Notes: generated by a model from the sequence alone, not told the origin. Counted from the stretch's first letter, positions 9,969-22,251 are shown. The stretch is DNA of 64,000 nt from an uncultured Candidatus Rokubacteria bacterium (GCA_963758635.1 CAVWWD010000003.1:64001-128000), one strand, 5' to 3'. Program-made: numbers and translations.

Positions 9969-11183
9969 ATCGTCCCTTCCGCGGCGAGGGCCCGGATCAG
10001 CGAAGGCGCGTAGCCGATGCGCCCGTAGATCTCGTCGTTGTGCTGGCCGATGGTGGGGGCGGGCGTGCGGAGCACGCCGGGCGTGCCGGAGAGCCGGGGG
10101 ACGACCGCGTGCATGGGCAGCTCGCCCATGTCGGCGTCGGGCGCGGTCACGACGATGCCGCGCTCCTGCACGTGCGGGTCCTCCAGGAACTGCGCGATGT
10201 CGTACACGGGGGCGGCGGTGACGCCCGCCTCCTCGAAGAACCGGATGGCCTCGGCGAGTGGGCGCTGCTTGATGAACCCGCCGACGATCGCGTCCACCTC
10301 CTCGCGCCGCTTGATGCGCGCGGCGTTGGTCTTGAACGCGGGGTCGTCGTTCAGGTCGCCGCGGCCGATGGCCCGGAACAGGCGCTCGGTCATCGCCTGG
10401 GTCGAGGCGGAGATGGCCACCCAGCCACCGTCCTTCGTCTCGTACACGTTGCGGGGCGAGGTGGACTCGGACGCGCTCCCCACGCGGCGGCGCACGCGCC
10501 CGGTCAGCGCGTGGATGGCCGGCTCGGGACCCAGGATCGAGAAGATCGACTCGAGCAGGCTCAGGTCGATCACCTGGCCGCGGCCGCCCCCCATCTCCAC
10601 GTGGCGCACGGCGGCGAGCGTGGCCATGGCGCCGGAGAGGCCGGCGATCATGTCGGCCATGGCCAGCGGCGGGAGCACGGGCTCGCGGTCCTCGAAGCCG
10701 TTGCGCGACGCGAAGCCCGACATGGCTTCCACCAGCGTGCCGAAGCCCGGGCGCTTCCGGTACGGGCCGGTCTGGCCGAACCCGGAGACGCGGACGACGA
10801 CCAGCCGCGGGTTTCGCTCCTGGAGCGCCTCCGGGCCGAGCGCCGAGGCGCTCGAGGTAGCCGAAGCGGAAGCTCTCGATCAGCACGTGGAAGTGCGCGG
10901 CGAGGTCGCCGATGATGCCGGGCGCGTCGGGCGACTTCAGGTTCAGCGTGATGCTCTTCTTGTTCCGCGCGTACACCTTCCAGTGCACGCTGACGCCGGC
11001 CTCGCGCCAGTCGCGGAGCGTGTCGCCCCGGCCCGGCGTCTCCACCTTGACGACCTCGGCGCCGAAGTCGGCGAGCTGCAGGCTCAGCATGTTGCCGGCC
11101 ACGAGGCGGGAGAAGTCGAGCACGCGGATGCCGGCGAGGGGACCGGACCGCGTGGGCTCCCAGTCCTGTCGGGGCAGCGCCAT
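9965..11183 (-). CDS. Family III CoA-transferase (CaiB/BaiF), indel near 10845
   Basis: Motifs PLAGIRVLDFS, LADFGAEVVKVE, RNKKSITLNLK and ADMIAG (catalytic Asp). AGGAGG RBS. Confidence 0.88.
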
Positions 11184-11202
11184 TCGTCGTCCTCCTGCTC
11201 CA

Positions 11203-11299
11203 GGTTGTGAAGAAGTCCAGATCTCGACTTCGACGAAGCGGGCGAACATCGCGGTTCCGCGGACTCGCGCGACACCGTCGCGCCACTTCATCCACAAAC
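11203..11299. mobile_element. ~95-bp MITE-like element family B, copy 1
   Basis: Imperfect terminal inverted repeats GGTTGTGAAGAAG / CTTCATCCACAAAC. The core gcgggcgaacatcg is shared with the copy at 38498. Confidence 0.7.
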
Positions 11300-11377
11300 T
11301 GATCCGGTGTGATCGAAAGCGGCCCGCGCCGCGGGCGGCCGCGGCGCGGGCGTGAACCGTGGGGTCGGGAGCGGGTC

Positions 11378-12526
11378 CTACCCGAGGCTGTAGAGCTTCA
11401 TCACGTTGTCGCGCGTGATCTTCCGGCGGACGGTCTCGGACACCGCGCCCAGGTTCTTCTCGATCTTCTTCTTCGAGTCGGGCCAGATGCAGTCGGGGTG
11501 CGGGTAGTCGGCGCCCCAGATGATGTTGTCCTCGCCCACGATGGGGATGATCGGCTCGAGGAACTGGTCCTGCTGGTACGTGGTGTAGCCGTTCCGCCGC
11601 CAGTAGTCGCTGGGCTTCATGGAGAAGTTGAGCGACTGCGCGCGGTCGTAGTACTCGGTGTCGAGCCGGTCGAGCACGTAGGGGATCCACGTCACGCCGG
11701 ACTCGCCGAGGATGAACCGGAAGTCCGGGTACTTCTCACAGGCGCCGGAGGAGATCAGCGACACCAGCACCTCCATCCCGTCGAGCTGGAAGAGCGACGA
11801 GCGCACCAGACGCCACTGCGTGAGGTACTCCTTCTCCATCTCCGGCGTGTCGGGGGTGCGGAGGCCCTTGAAGCCGGTGGAGTGGAACGCGATCGGGAAG
11901 TGGCACTCCTGCGCGGCCTCCCACAGCGGGTACCAGCCGTGGTGATAGAGGGGCAGCGCCATGCGCTTGAACGCCAGGTCGCCGCCCCGGAGGCCCATCT
12001 TCGCGCAGCGGCGCACCTCGGCCGCGGCCTCGGCGGGGTCGTTGTTCGGGACGATGGCGAGCGGGAACACGCGGTTCGGGTCCGAGCGCTTGGCGAAGTC
12101 CGCGGCCCAGTCGTTGTAGACCTTGTTGGCCCAGCAGCGCTGGTTGGGATCGTTGATGAGGTCGTTGATCATCAGGCAGCCGTAGATGATCTCGGCGTCC
12201 ACGCCGTCCTTGTCGAGGTCGGCCAGCCTGAGCTCCGGCGTGGTCGGCCGGGGCTGGGCGCCGCGATGGTTGTTCCACTCGAAGCCCACCGCCTTCATCT
12301 CGTCGATGTGGCCGAACATCCCCGGCGTGTACTTGAGGAAGCCGGGCCCCACGCCGTTCCACATGCCGAGGTCCCGTCCCTCGACGAACCAGTGCAGCCC
12401 GTCCTCCAGCTCCTCGGCCCGCGGCGCGAGCAGCCGCCACTTGGCGGGCGCCTGCTCCGACCAGAGATCGGGGGGCAGGTAGGTGAGGTCGATGTGGTTG
12501 TCGCCGGAGATCAGGTTGTATTTCAC
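11378..12526 (-). CDS. Amidohydrolase family protein (Amidohydro_2)
   Basis: Motifs ISGDNH, YNDWAA, WEAAQE..PIAFH, ESGVTW and WGADYPH. AAGGAGG RBS before GTG. Confidence 0.9.
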   Translation of the reverse strand: MKYNLISGDNHIDLTYLPPDLWSEQAPAKWRLLAPRAEELEDGLHWFVEGRDLGMWNGVGPGFLKYTPGMFGHIDEMKAVGFEWNNHRGAQPRPTTPELRLADLDKDGVDAEIIYGCLMINDLINDPNQRCWANKVYNDWAADFAKRSDPNRVFPLAIVPNNDPAEAAAEVRRCAKMGLRGGDLAFKRMALPLYHHGWYPLWEAAQECHFPIAFHSTGFKGLRTPDTPEMEKEYLTQWRLVRSSLFQLDGMEVLVSLISSGACEKYPDFRFILGESGVTWIPYVLDRLDTEYYDRAQSLNFSMKPSDYWRRNGYTTYQQDQFLEPIIPIVGEDNIIWGADYPHPDCIWPDSKKKIEKNLGAVSETVRRKITRDNVMKLYSLG

Positions 12527-12552
12527 CGGGGCCTCCTTGGGTGGCGCGTGCG

Positions 12553-13530
12553 CTACGAGGCGGAGGGGCTCGCGGCCTGCTGGCGCGGCGGGAAGATATC
12601 CTTGATGAGCGCCTGCGCGCGAGCCGGGTCCATGTGGTTCGCCTGCTGACACGGCGTGCTCTCCTCGAGCACGCGGTCGGGGTCTTCCCAGAGCCGGTAC
12701 GTCTTGAAGCGGTCCTCGAACTCGATGCCGAGGCCGCGGGCGAACACGGAGAGGTAGTGCTCGATCGTGATCGGCCGCTCCAGCTCGAAGGCGCAGAGCA
12801 TGCGCTGGCAGCCGTGGTAGATCGTGGCGAACGTGTCGGCGCCGCCCGCGCGGGCGCGGTCGATCTCGTCGAGCACCAGGCCGTTCCACACCGGCAGGCC
12901 CAGCTCGGCCTGGCCGGCCGCGTTGCAGATCCGGCCGAAGCGCGGCTCGGGCTCGGTCTCGACGAACGTGATGCCGGGGACGGCCTCGAGCAGCCGGCGG
13001 GCCGCCTGCCCCTCGCGCCGCCGCGCCTCGTTCTGCACGTGGGAGTGGAGCGCGACCCGCGCGTCCACCCGCTGCGTGAAGGTGAGCTCCGGGAGCTTGT
13101 CGGCCAGGAACTCGGTGGCGTGGCGGCGCGGGAACGGGAGCTGGCGCTGCTGGACCTCGTCGTAGAAGTAGATGCACGACGGGCACCACATCACGACCTC
13201 GTCGGGCTCGAAGCGCTCGAAGAGCTCCACGGTGCGCCGGTTCATCCCGGCCGCCGCGTCCTTGTCGCCCTGCCCGTGGTGGACGATGCCGCAGCAGTAG
13301 GTGGGTCCGCCCACCGCCACGTAGTCGAGCCCCAGCCGGTCGAAGATCGCGGTGACGGTGCGGATCATGTGCGAGGTGCGGAGCACGTTGCAGCCCAGGT
13401 AGAGGACGATCGAGTGCTTGTCCTCGTCGCGGCCGGGCGCGGTGAGCCGCCACGTCCGCTCCTCGGGCCGGGTGGTCAGGTCCTGGGTCCCCGTGACCTC
13501 CCCGAAATGCTTCGCGTAGTCGTAAGCCAT
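12553..13530 (-). CDS. CCG-domain (heterodisulfide reductase B-like) Fe-S protein
   Basis: Cysteine patterns LYLGC, YCCG, WCPSC and YHGC. Confidence 0.75.
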   Translation of the reverse strand: MAYDYAKHFGEVTGTQDLTTRPEERTWRLTAPGRDEDKHSIVLYLGCNVLRTSHMIRTVTAIFDRLGLDYVAVGGPTYCCGIVHHGQGDKDAAAGMNRRTVELFERFEPDEVVMWCPSCIYFYDEVQQRQLPFPRRHATEFLADKLPELTFTQRVDARVALHSHVQNEARRREGQAARRLLEAVPGITFVETEPEPRFGRICNAAGQAELGLPVWNGLVLDEIDRARAGGADTFATIYHGCQRMLCAFELERPITIEHYLSVFARGLGIEFEDRFKTYRLWEDPDRVLEESTPCQQANHMDPARAQALIKDIFPPRQQAASPSAS

Positions 13531-13666
13531 CGCGTCCTCCGTGACAGCGAGAGCGGCTCTTCACGACCGACGATCGCCGAGCCCGGCGATCACGAGAGTC
13601 CGCTGGACGGTGCGGGCGTGGCGAAGCCCGGGTGCCCGCACCCCGAAATGGTAGGCTCCTGCAGGG

Positions 13667-14698
13667 ATGCAAGTCAACGCGCGGACTCCTCGCCGGACGA
13701 CGCCGCTTTCCACCTGGTTCGCGGGCCCGGGCGCCGAGGAGCGGTTCCGGCGCCGGACGCTCGGCCGGGCGCCGGCAGTGCTGGTCCCCCGTGACGCCGA
13801 GTGGCGAACCATCGCGCCCGGCGTTCGCGCCTGGCCGGCCATCGCCGCCGAGGGCCTGCCGTTCCAGATCGCCGCGGATCGCCGCTACGACCGGTCGGGC
13901 GATCCCCGCCGGCTCGGCCCGGCGCTCGCGGCCGGAAAGACCGTGTTCTTCCCGCAGATCCACCAGGTCCTGCCGCGGCTCGCCCGCCTCATGGTGGGGA
14001 TCCGCTCCGCGTTCACCGGGCCGGGGCGCGAGGAGTGCTCGTTCCTCTTCCTCGTGCAGGGCCGGGGACGCGAGGGGCTGGGACTGCATCACGACGGTGA
14101 CGTGGACGCGTTCTGGCTGCAGCTCGCCGGGCGCCGGACGGTGACCATCGGGCCGCCGGCGCCGCGCGGCGCACCGGAGGACCTTCCCGACGACTATCCG
14201 GCGCGCTGGCCCGCCGGCGCGGTCGTCACGCTGTCGCTGGCGCCGGGCACGCTCTTCTACATGCCGCCGCGCACGCCGCACCGGGTGGTGTGCCACGGGC
14301 GCTCGCTCGCGGTCTCTCTCACGTGGGGCCGGCGCGTCGCGCGGGGCCGACGCGGCGCGGGGCTCACGGCATGGGACGTGGTCTCGGGCCGCGTAGACCG
14401 GAGGCCGCCGACCAGCCGCGCCCGGGTGTGGACGCAGGTGCCGGCCACCGTCGTCGAGCATCCGGGTGGGCACGGGCTGACGCTGTCCGTGCCCGACGGC
14501 GTGATTGACGTGCCGGCGGTCGCCCGGCCGGTAGCCCGGGAGCTCGCCCGAATGCCCTCGTGGCGGCTGCCGCTCACTTCGTCCGAGCGGCGGCGCCTCG
14601 TACCGCTCGTCACGCGCGGCATCCTGGCGCCGCGCGACCTGCCCCGCAGGATCGTGCCCGCCGACCCACGCGCGCTCGACGGCTGGCGCTTCGCTTGA
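13667..14698 (+). CDS. JmjC/cupin 2-oxoglutarate-Fe(II) oxygenase-like protein
   Basis: GLGLHHDGDVDAFWLQLAGRR (HxD) and LAPGTLFYMPPRTPH (distal His). Confidence 0.75.
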   Translation: MQVNARTPRRTTPLSTWFAGPGAEERFRRRTLGRAPAVLVPRDAEWRTIAPGVRAWPAIAAEGLPFQIAADRRYDRSGDPRRLGPALAAGKTVFFPQIHQVLPRLARLMVGIRSAFTGPGREECSFLFLVQGRGREGLGLHHDGDVDAFWLQLAGRRTVTIGPPAPRGAPEDLPDDYPARWPAGAVVTLSLAPGTLFYMPPRTPHRVVCHGRSLAVSLTWGRRVARGRRGAGLTAWDVVSGRVDRRPPTSRARVWTQVPATVVEHPGGHGLTLSVPDGVIDVPAVARPVARELARMPSWRLPLTSSERRRLVPLVTRGILAPRDLPRRIVPADPRALDGWRFA

Positions 14699-14756
14699 GT
14701 CACCGCGCGGGGCGCTTCCTTGCCGACCATACTCGACTCGGCTACCCTCGACGATC

Positions 14757-15322
14757 ATGAACGAGCGGCGGCATGACCTCGTGATCCGCGGCGGCACCGT
14801 GTACGACGGCACCGGCGCGCCCGGTGTCGTGGCCGACGTGGCGGTGAGCGGGGACCGCGTGGACGCGGTGGGCACGGTGCCCGCGCGAGGGGCCGTCGAG
14901 CTGGACGCGCGCGGGCAGGCCGTCGCGCCGGGCTTCATCGACGTGCACAGCCACGACGACTTCGCGGTGCTCCTCGATCCCGGCATGGCGTTCAAGGTCA
15001 TGCCGGGCTACGGGTGCTTCCCCGCGTGCTCGGCCACTACGTGCGGGACGAGCGCGTGCTGGACCTGCCGACGGCGATCCACCGGATGACCGGCATGCCC
15101 GCGGCGAAGTTCCGTCTCGCCGGCCGGGGCGTCCTGCGCGCGGGCGCGTTCGCCAACGTCGTCGTGTTCGACCCCGCGCGCATCCGCGACACCGCGACCT
15201 ACGAGGACCCGCGCCGCTTCCCGGACGGCATTCGCGCCGTCTACGTGAACGGCACCGCGGTGGCGCGGGACGGCCAGCCCACCGGCGCCCGCCCCGGCCG
15301 CGCGCTGCGCCGCGGAGCCTGA
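14757..15322 (+). pseudogene. N-acyl-D-amino-acid deacylase with a large internal deletion
   Basis: The N-terminus (DLVIRGGTVYDGTG...PGFIDVHSHDD...FKV) joins at about 15005 directly to the C-terminus (YG.FPRVLGHYVR...MTGMPA...GI..VYVNG). About 190 codons in total. Confidence 0.75.
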
Positions 15323-15341
15323 GCGCGGCCACGCCCGCCGA

Positions 15342-15428
15342 GGGGATGAATGGCGTGACGACACTTCGCGTGTACGCCGAATCGCGGTGTTGGCCCGCTC
15401 GCCGACGTCGAGATCCGCATTCCGTCAC
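15342..15428. mobile_element. MITE-like element family B, copy 2
   Basis: gatgaat...gaatcgcggtgttggcccgc...tcgagatccgcattcc aligns with the copies at 38498 (reverse strand) and 51636/51735. Confidence 0.65.
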
Positions 15429-15450
15429 CGCCTGACCGCCGGCACGCACG

Positions 15451-18400
15451 ATGAGGCTACCGATCCGCGCGCGAGGACCCGTCGCCGTCGTGATCCGCGT
15501 GCTCGTCTCGAGCTCGGCCGCCGAGCGTCTGGAGGCGGCGCGCGCGTTCCTGGCCGGCCTTCCCGCCGGAGCCGGCGCGCTGATCGTGGGCGCCTCGCGC
15601 GGCGCCGCCGACGACCTGGCGCGGGAGGCGACGCGGGACGCGGGCGCGACGTTCGGCCTCCACCGCGCGAGCCTGCTCCAGCTCGCCGCCGGCCTCGCCG
15701 CCGCCGGGCTGGCGCGCCGGGGCCTCGCGCCGTCGAGCGTGCTCGGCGGCGAGGCGCTCGCCGCGCGCGTCACGTTCGAGGCGGCCGCGGCCGGCGCGCT
15801 CGGGTACTTCGAGCCCGTGTCGCGCTTCCCCGGATTCGCCCGCGCCGTGGCCTCGACGGTCGGGGAGCTGCGGCTCGCGCGCGTGGCCCCCGGCGCGCTC
15901 GCCGGGCCGGACGGCGGCGCGGCCCACGACGTGGGCGAGCTCCTCCGGCGCTTCGAGGGCGAGCTCCACTCGGGCGGGCTGGCCGATCGCCGCACCGTCT
16001 TCGATCTCGCGGCGGACGCGCTGGCTGACGATCCGCCGCCGCCCATCGCGAGGCTTCCGCTCGTGCTGCTCGACGTTGCCGTCCACTCGCGCGCCGAGGA
16101 GATGCTCGTGCGCGGGCTCCTCGCCGCGTCGGGCCGGGCCCTCGTCACCGTCCCCGAGGGCGATCAGCGCACGCTCGGCGCGCTCTCGGGCATCGCCGGA
16201 GCGCCCGTGGCGGCCGCGCCCGCGCCGGACGCGGGCTCCGCGCTCTCGTATCTCCGGACGTACCTCTTCTCCGACGACGCGCCGGCCGTGGCGGCGCACG
16301 CGGGCGAGGCGGTGTTCTTCTCCGCGCCCGGAGAGGGGCGCGAGGCGGTCGAGATCGTCCGCCGCGTGCTCGAGGAGGCCCGCCGGGGCACGAGGTTCGA
16401 CCGCATGGCGATCCTCCTCCGCTCGCCGCAGCTCTACTCGAGCCTGCTCGAGACGGCGCTCGGGCGGGCCGGCGTCCCCGCGTTCTTCACCGGCGGCGCA
16501 CGCCGGCCCGATCCCGCGGGCCGGGCGTTCCTCGCGCTCCTCGACTGCGCGCTGGAGAAGCTCTCGGCCCGGCGCTTCGCGGAGTACCTGTCGCTCGGCC
16601 AGGTGCCGCCGCTGGCCGCCGACGGCGCTCCGGCGCCCCGCGGCGACGTGTGGGTGGCCGCCGACGAGGAGTCGCTCACGCTGGGGTCGGAGGCCACGGC
16701 GCTCGCCGCTCGCGCGCGGCCGCGACGGAGACGTCGCCGGACGAGGAGAGCGGGGAGTCGGACGCGAGCCCCGTCGTCGCCGGCACGCTCCGCGCGCCGT
16801 GGCGGTGGGAGCGCCTCCTGGTGGACTCGGCGGTGATCGGCGGGCGCGAGCGCTGGGGCCGGCGGCTCGCCGGGCTCGGCCGCGAGCTCGCCGTGCGGAT
16901 CGAGGAGCTTCGCCAGGAGGAGCCGGACTCGCCGCGGGCCGCCGCGCTCGAGCGCGACCTGGCGAACCTCGGGCACCTCGAGCGGTTCGCGCTGCCCGTG
17001 ATCGAGCGCCTCGCCGCGCTTCCCGCGCAGGAGACGTGGGTGGCGTGGATCGCGGAGCTCGAGGCGCTCGCGCCGGTGGTCCTCCGGCGGCCGGAGCGGG
17101 TGCTGGCGCTCCTCGCGGAGCTCCGCGGCCTCGGCCCCATCGGTCCCGTGACGCTCCAGGAGGTGCGGGACGTGCTGGGCGACGAGCTGGCCACGGTGGC
17201 GGAGCGGCCGCCCGCCGCGCGCTACGGCCGCGTCTTCGTGGGGCCGCTCGAGCAGGCGCGCGGCCGGGCCTTCGACGTCGTCTTCGTGCCCGGCCTCGCC
17301 GAGCGCGTCTTCCCCCAGAAGCTCCGCGAGGACCCGGTGCTGCTCGACGCGCTCCGGCGCGAGCTCGACGGCGACCTGCGAACCCAGGGCGATCGGGCCC
17401 AGCACGAGCGCCTGCTCCTCCGCCTGGCCGTCGGCGCGGCCACGCGCAAGGCGTACCTCTCCTACTCGCGGATCGAGCTGGCCGAGGCCCGGCCGCGGGT
17501 GCCGTCGTTCTACGCGATGGAGGTCCAGCGCGCGCTCGTCGGCCGGATCCCCGACCCGCAGACGCTCGAGCGCGAGGCCGCGGCGGCGGGCCAGGTGCGG
17601 CTGGCGTGGCCGGCGCCCGACGACCCGGCGAACGCCATCGACGAGATCGAGCATGACCTGGCGAGCCTCTGGAACCTCCTCGAGCGCCCGCCCAGGGAGG
17701 TGCGCGGGCGCGCCCGCTACCTCCTGGACCTGAACGAGCGCCTCGCGCGGTCGCTCCGCGGGCGGTGGGCACGGTGGCGTCCGAAGTTCACGCCCGCCGA
17801 CGGCCTCGTGCGGATCGCGGAGGGCACGCGCGAGGCGCTGGCCGCCGCGCGGCTCGACGCCCGCGCCTACTCCCCCTCCGCGCTCCAGCGCTTCGCGGTG
17901 TGCCCGTACCAGTTCTACCTCTCCGCGATCTGCCGGCTCGCGCCGCGGGAGGAGATCGCGCCGCTCGAGCGGCTCGATCCGCTCACACGCGGCCACCTCT
18001 TCCATCGCGTCCAGGCCGAGGCGCTGCGCGAGCTGCAGGGGGCCGGGCGCCTGCCGGTGTTCCGGGAGACGCTGCCTCCGGCCCTCGAGACGCTCGATCG
18101 CACGCTCGAGCGCGTCGCGGAGGAGTACCACGAGAAGCTGGCGCCCGCCGTCGAGCGTGTCTGGCAGGACGAGATCGAGTCGATCCGCGTGGATCTCCGG
18201 ACGTGGCTCGACCGCTCCGTCGAGGCGCAGGCCACCTGGGAGCCCCACGCCTTCGAGCTGGCCTTCGGACTGCCCGCCGGCCTGGGCCTCGACGCGCGCA
18301 GCACGCGCGAGGAGGTGGAGCTGCCGGGGGGCTTCCGGCTCCGGGGGATCGTGGACCTGATCGAGCAGCACCGCGGGGCGCCAGGCCCTCCGGGTCACCG

Positions 18401-18784
18401 ATCACAAGACCGGCGTCAACCGGACGGCGGCCGGCCTCGTGGTGGGAAGGGGCGAGACGCTCCAGCCCGTGCTCTACGGCCTGGCCGTCGAGCGCGTCCT
18501 CGGCACGGCCGTGACCGAGTCGCGCCTGTCCTACTGCACGCGCGCCGGCGAGTTCTCCGAGCGCGTCGTGCGAGATGACGGACGAGAACCGGCGCCGCGG
18601 CGTCGAGGTCCTCGAGACGATCGATCGCGCGGTGGCCCGGGGCTTTCTGCCTCCCGCGCCGCGGGCGCGGGCGTGCGGCATCTGCGACTTCCGCGCGGTG
18701 TGCGGGCCGACCGAGGAGCGGCGCGTCGAGAAGAAGGACCGCGCCGCTCTCGAGGATCTCGAGCGTTTGCGAGGCTGGCCGTGA
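15451..18784 (+). CDS. addB: AddB/RexB-like nuclease subunit (PD-(D/E)XK with Fe-S staple); indels near 16715, 18380 and 18570; start may be GTG 15490
   Basis: Degenerate helicase body, [30 protein letters not shown] and C-terminal [10 protein letters not shown]. Confidence 0.8.
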
Positions 18785-21700
18785 CGCTCGTCGACCAGGC
18801 GGCGCGCGATCGCATCCGCGGCTCGCTCGACGAGAGCATGGTGGTGGAGGCGGCGGCGGGCACGGGGAAGACGAGCGAGCTGGTGACGCGGCTCGTCGCC
18901 GTGCTCGCGGAGGGGCGCGGAACCATCTCGAGCGTCGCCGCCGTGACCTTCACGGAGAAGGCGGCGGGCGAGCTGAAGCTCCGCCTGCGCTCCGAGCTGG
19001 AGCGGGCTCGCGAGGCGGAAGGGGGCGGCGCGCGCCGCGAGCGGCTCGACGCGGCGGTGGCCCGCCTGGAGGAAGCGCGGCTCAGCACCATCCACGGCTT
19101 CTGCAACGACCTGCTGCACGAGCGACCGGTGGAGGCGCGAGTGGACCCGCGCTTCGAGGTGCTGACCGAAGCCCAGGCCGAAAGCGTCTATCGCCGGGCG
19201 TTCGACCGCTGGATCGAGGGCAAGCTGGAGGATCCAGGGGAGGGGCTCCGGCGCGCGCTCCGCCGCCGCGCCACGCTCGACGACGGCGACCCGGTGGAGC
19301 GCCTCCGGAGGGCGGGGTGGACGCTCGCCGGCTGGCGCGACTTCCGCCACCCGTGGCGGCGGGAGGCCTGGGACCGGGCCGCGGACATCGACGCCCTCGT
19401 GAGCCAGGTGCACGCATTCCGGGAGCATCCTGTCCTCGTGCGGCAATCCGGCCGACAGCCTCTACGCCGACACCTGGCTCGCGCGCCGGATCAGCGACGA
19501 CGCAACCTTGACCGAGCGCCACGGGGTGCGAGACCTCGACGCCCTCGAGGCCGGCCTGGTCGATCTGGCGCGGAACCGTCAGTTCAGGTGGCCCCGGCGA
19601 GGATCCGACCGCAACTACCGGGGCGGGGCGACCCGCGCGGACGATCTTCACGGCCCACCGCGCGCTGATCGACGCGCTCGACGACTTCGCGCGGCGCGCT
19701 GACGCCGACCTCGCCGCGCTCCTGCAGCAGGATCTCTTCGCCACCGTGGACGACTACGAGGCGCTCAAGGCGCGCGCGGGGAGCCTCGATTTCCTGGACC
19801 TCCTCCTCCGCGCCCGCGACCTCGTCCGGGATTGTGCCGAGGTGCGCGCCGAGCTTCAGCGCCGCTTCACGCACGTGTTCGTGGACGAGTTCCAGGACAC
19901 CGATCCCCTCCAGGCCGAGATCCTGCTGCTGCTCGCGAGCAGCGACCCCACGGTCGCGAGCTGGCGCGACGTGGCGCCGGTTCCGGGCAAGCTCTTCATC
20001 GTGGGGGACCCGAAGCAGTCCATCTATCGCTTCCGCCGGGCCGACGTCGGCGTGTATCAGGACGTGAAGGCGGTGCTCGGCCGGCACGGGGTGCCCGTGG
20101 TGGAGCTCACCTCGAGCTTTCGCGCCGTGCCCGAGCTCCAGCGGTTCGTCAACGCCGCCTTCGCGCGAGAGGATGACGGAGGATGCCGCGACGCTCCAGG
20201 CGGGCTACGTCCCCTTGGCCCCGTATCGATCGGACCGCGCAGGGCAGGCGAGCGTGGTCGCGCTGCCCGTGCCGCGGCCGTACGGGTGGAGCGGTCTCAC
20301 GAAGACGGCGATCCAGGAGTCGCTGCCGGACGCGGTCGGCGCATTCGTGGACTGGCTCCTGACGAAGAGCGACTGGCGCGTCACCGAGCGGGAGCACGGC
20401 GAGGTCCCCGTGGCGGCGCGGCACGTCTGCCTCCTGTTCCGGCGGTTCGCCCAGTGGGGCACGGACGTCACGCAGCCCTACGTGGAGGCGCTGGAAGCGC
20501 GCGGGATCGCGCACATGCTCGTGGGCGGAAAGTCGTTCCATTCGCGCGAGGAGGTCGAGAGCCTGCGCACCGCGCTGACCGCCATCGAGTGGCCCGACGA
20601 CGAGCTGGCGGTGTACGGGGCCTTGCACGGTCCGCTGTTCGCAGTCGGCGACGAGGCCTTGCTCGAGTACCGCTCTCGAGGCGGGCGGCTGCACCCGTTC
20701 CGGCCGCCGCCGGCGGACCTCGAGGCGGCGGAGGCCGCCCGCCTCGGACCCGTGGTCGATGGATTGCGCTTCCTTGGTGAGCTGCATCGGCTCCGGAACC
20801 GCCGGCCGGCCGAAGATACGGTGACCGCGCTCCTCACCGAGACGCGGGCTCACGCCGGGTTCATCTTGCGGCCGTCGGGCGAGCGCGCGCTTGCCAACGT
20901 GCTGCGCATCGTGGAACTGGCGCGCGCCTGGGAGGCGTCGGGCGGGGTCTCGTTCCGCGGGTTCGTGGAGTCTCTTGCCGACGCGCAACAGGACGACGCC
21001 GCAGAGGCGCCCATCGTGGAGGAAGGGAGCGAGGGCGTGCGGATCATGACCGTGCACCGGGCCAAGGGGCTCGAGTTCCCGGTCGTGATCCTCGCCGACA
21101 TCGGCGCGAACATCGCCGCCCACACCCCCGGCCGGCACGTCGATCCCGCGCGCGGGCTCTGCGCGGTGCGCCTGGCCGGTTGGTCGCCGTGGGACCTCCT
21201 GGACCGCGAGGAGGACGAGCTGAAACGCGACGTCGCCGAGGGGGTCCGTGTCGCCTACGTGGCCGCCACACGGGCGCGCGATCTCCTCGTGGTGCCCGCG
21301 GTGGGCGACGACCCGTTCGCGAGCGGATGGGAGGCGGCGGGGGAGAGCTGGATCGAGCCCGTCCAGCGGGCCGTCTACCCGGAAGCGGAGCGACGGAGGA
21401 ACTCTGGACCCGCGCCTGGCTGTCCTGCCTTCAAGGAGGACAGCGTTCTGGACCGACGTAATCGTGACGTCGCCGATCCCGACAACGTACGCCCCGGCCT
21501 GCACCGGCTGGGCGAGACGGGCGGCGACCCCTATCACGTCGTGTGGTGGGATCCCGAGGTGCTGGTCCTCGGGGTGGAACCGACCTTCGGTATCAGGCGC
21601 CAGGACCTCATCGAGGACGCCGGCCCCGAGGTGCTGGAGGCCGACCAGCGCAGCTACCAGGACTGGCAGCGCGGGCGGGATGAGGCGCGCGAGAGGGGCG

Positions 21701-22251
21701 CTGCGCCCACGATCGCGGTGCGCACCGTCACCGAGTGGGCGCAGCGCGCGACCGGTCAGGACGAGGATTTCGAGGTGGCCGTGGTCGACGTGGCGAGCCC
21801 CGGTCCCCGGCCGTCGGGGCCGCGCTTCGGGACGCTGGTGCACGCCGTCCTCGCCACCGTGCCGCTCGACGCGGGGCGGGACGCCATCTCGGACATGGCG
21901 ACCGTCCAGGGGCGGATCCTCGGCGCGCCGCCCGACGAGGTCGCGGCGGCGGCGTCCGTCGTCGAGGCCGTCCTCGCCGAGCCTCTGATGGCCCGCGCGC
22001 GTCTCGCGTGGCGCGCCGGCCGGTGCCGTCGCGAGACGCCGATCACCGAGGTTCTCGGCGACGGCGCGATCCTCGAGGGCGTGCTGGACCTGGCGTTCGA
22101 GGAGGACGACGGCTGGACCGTGGTGGACTTCAAGACCCAGGCGGAGATGGCGACGCCGCTCGCCAGCCACCGGCGCCAGGTCTCCGCCTACGCCTCCGTC
22201 GTGACCCGCGTCACCGGTCGCCCCGCTAGCCCCGTGCTGCTCCGGATCTGA
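18781..22251 (+). CDS. addA: AddA/RecB-like UvrD helicase-nuclease; indels near 19430, 19645 and 20170
   Basis: Walker [52 protein letters not shown] and nuclease GVLDL...VVDFKT. Confidence 0.85.
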
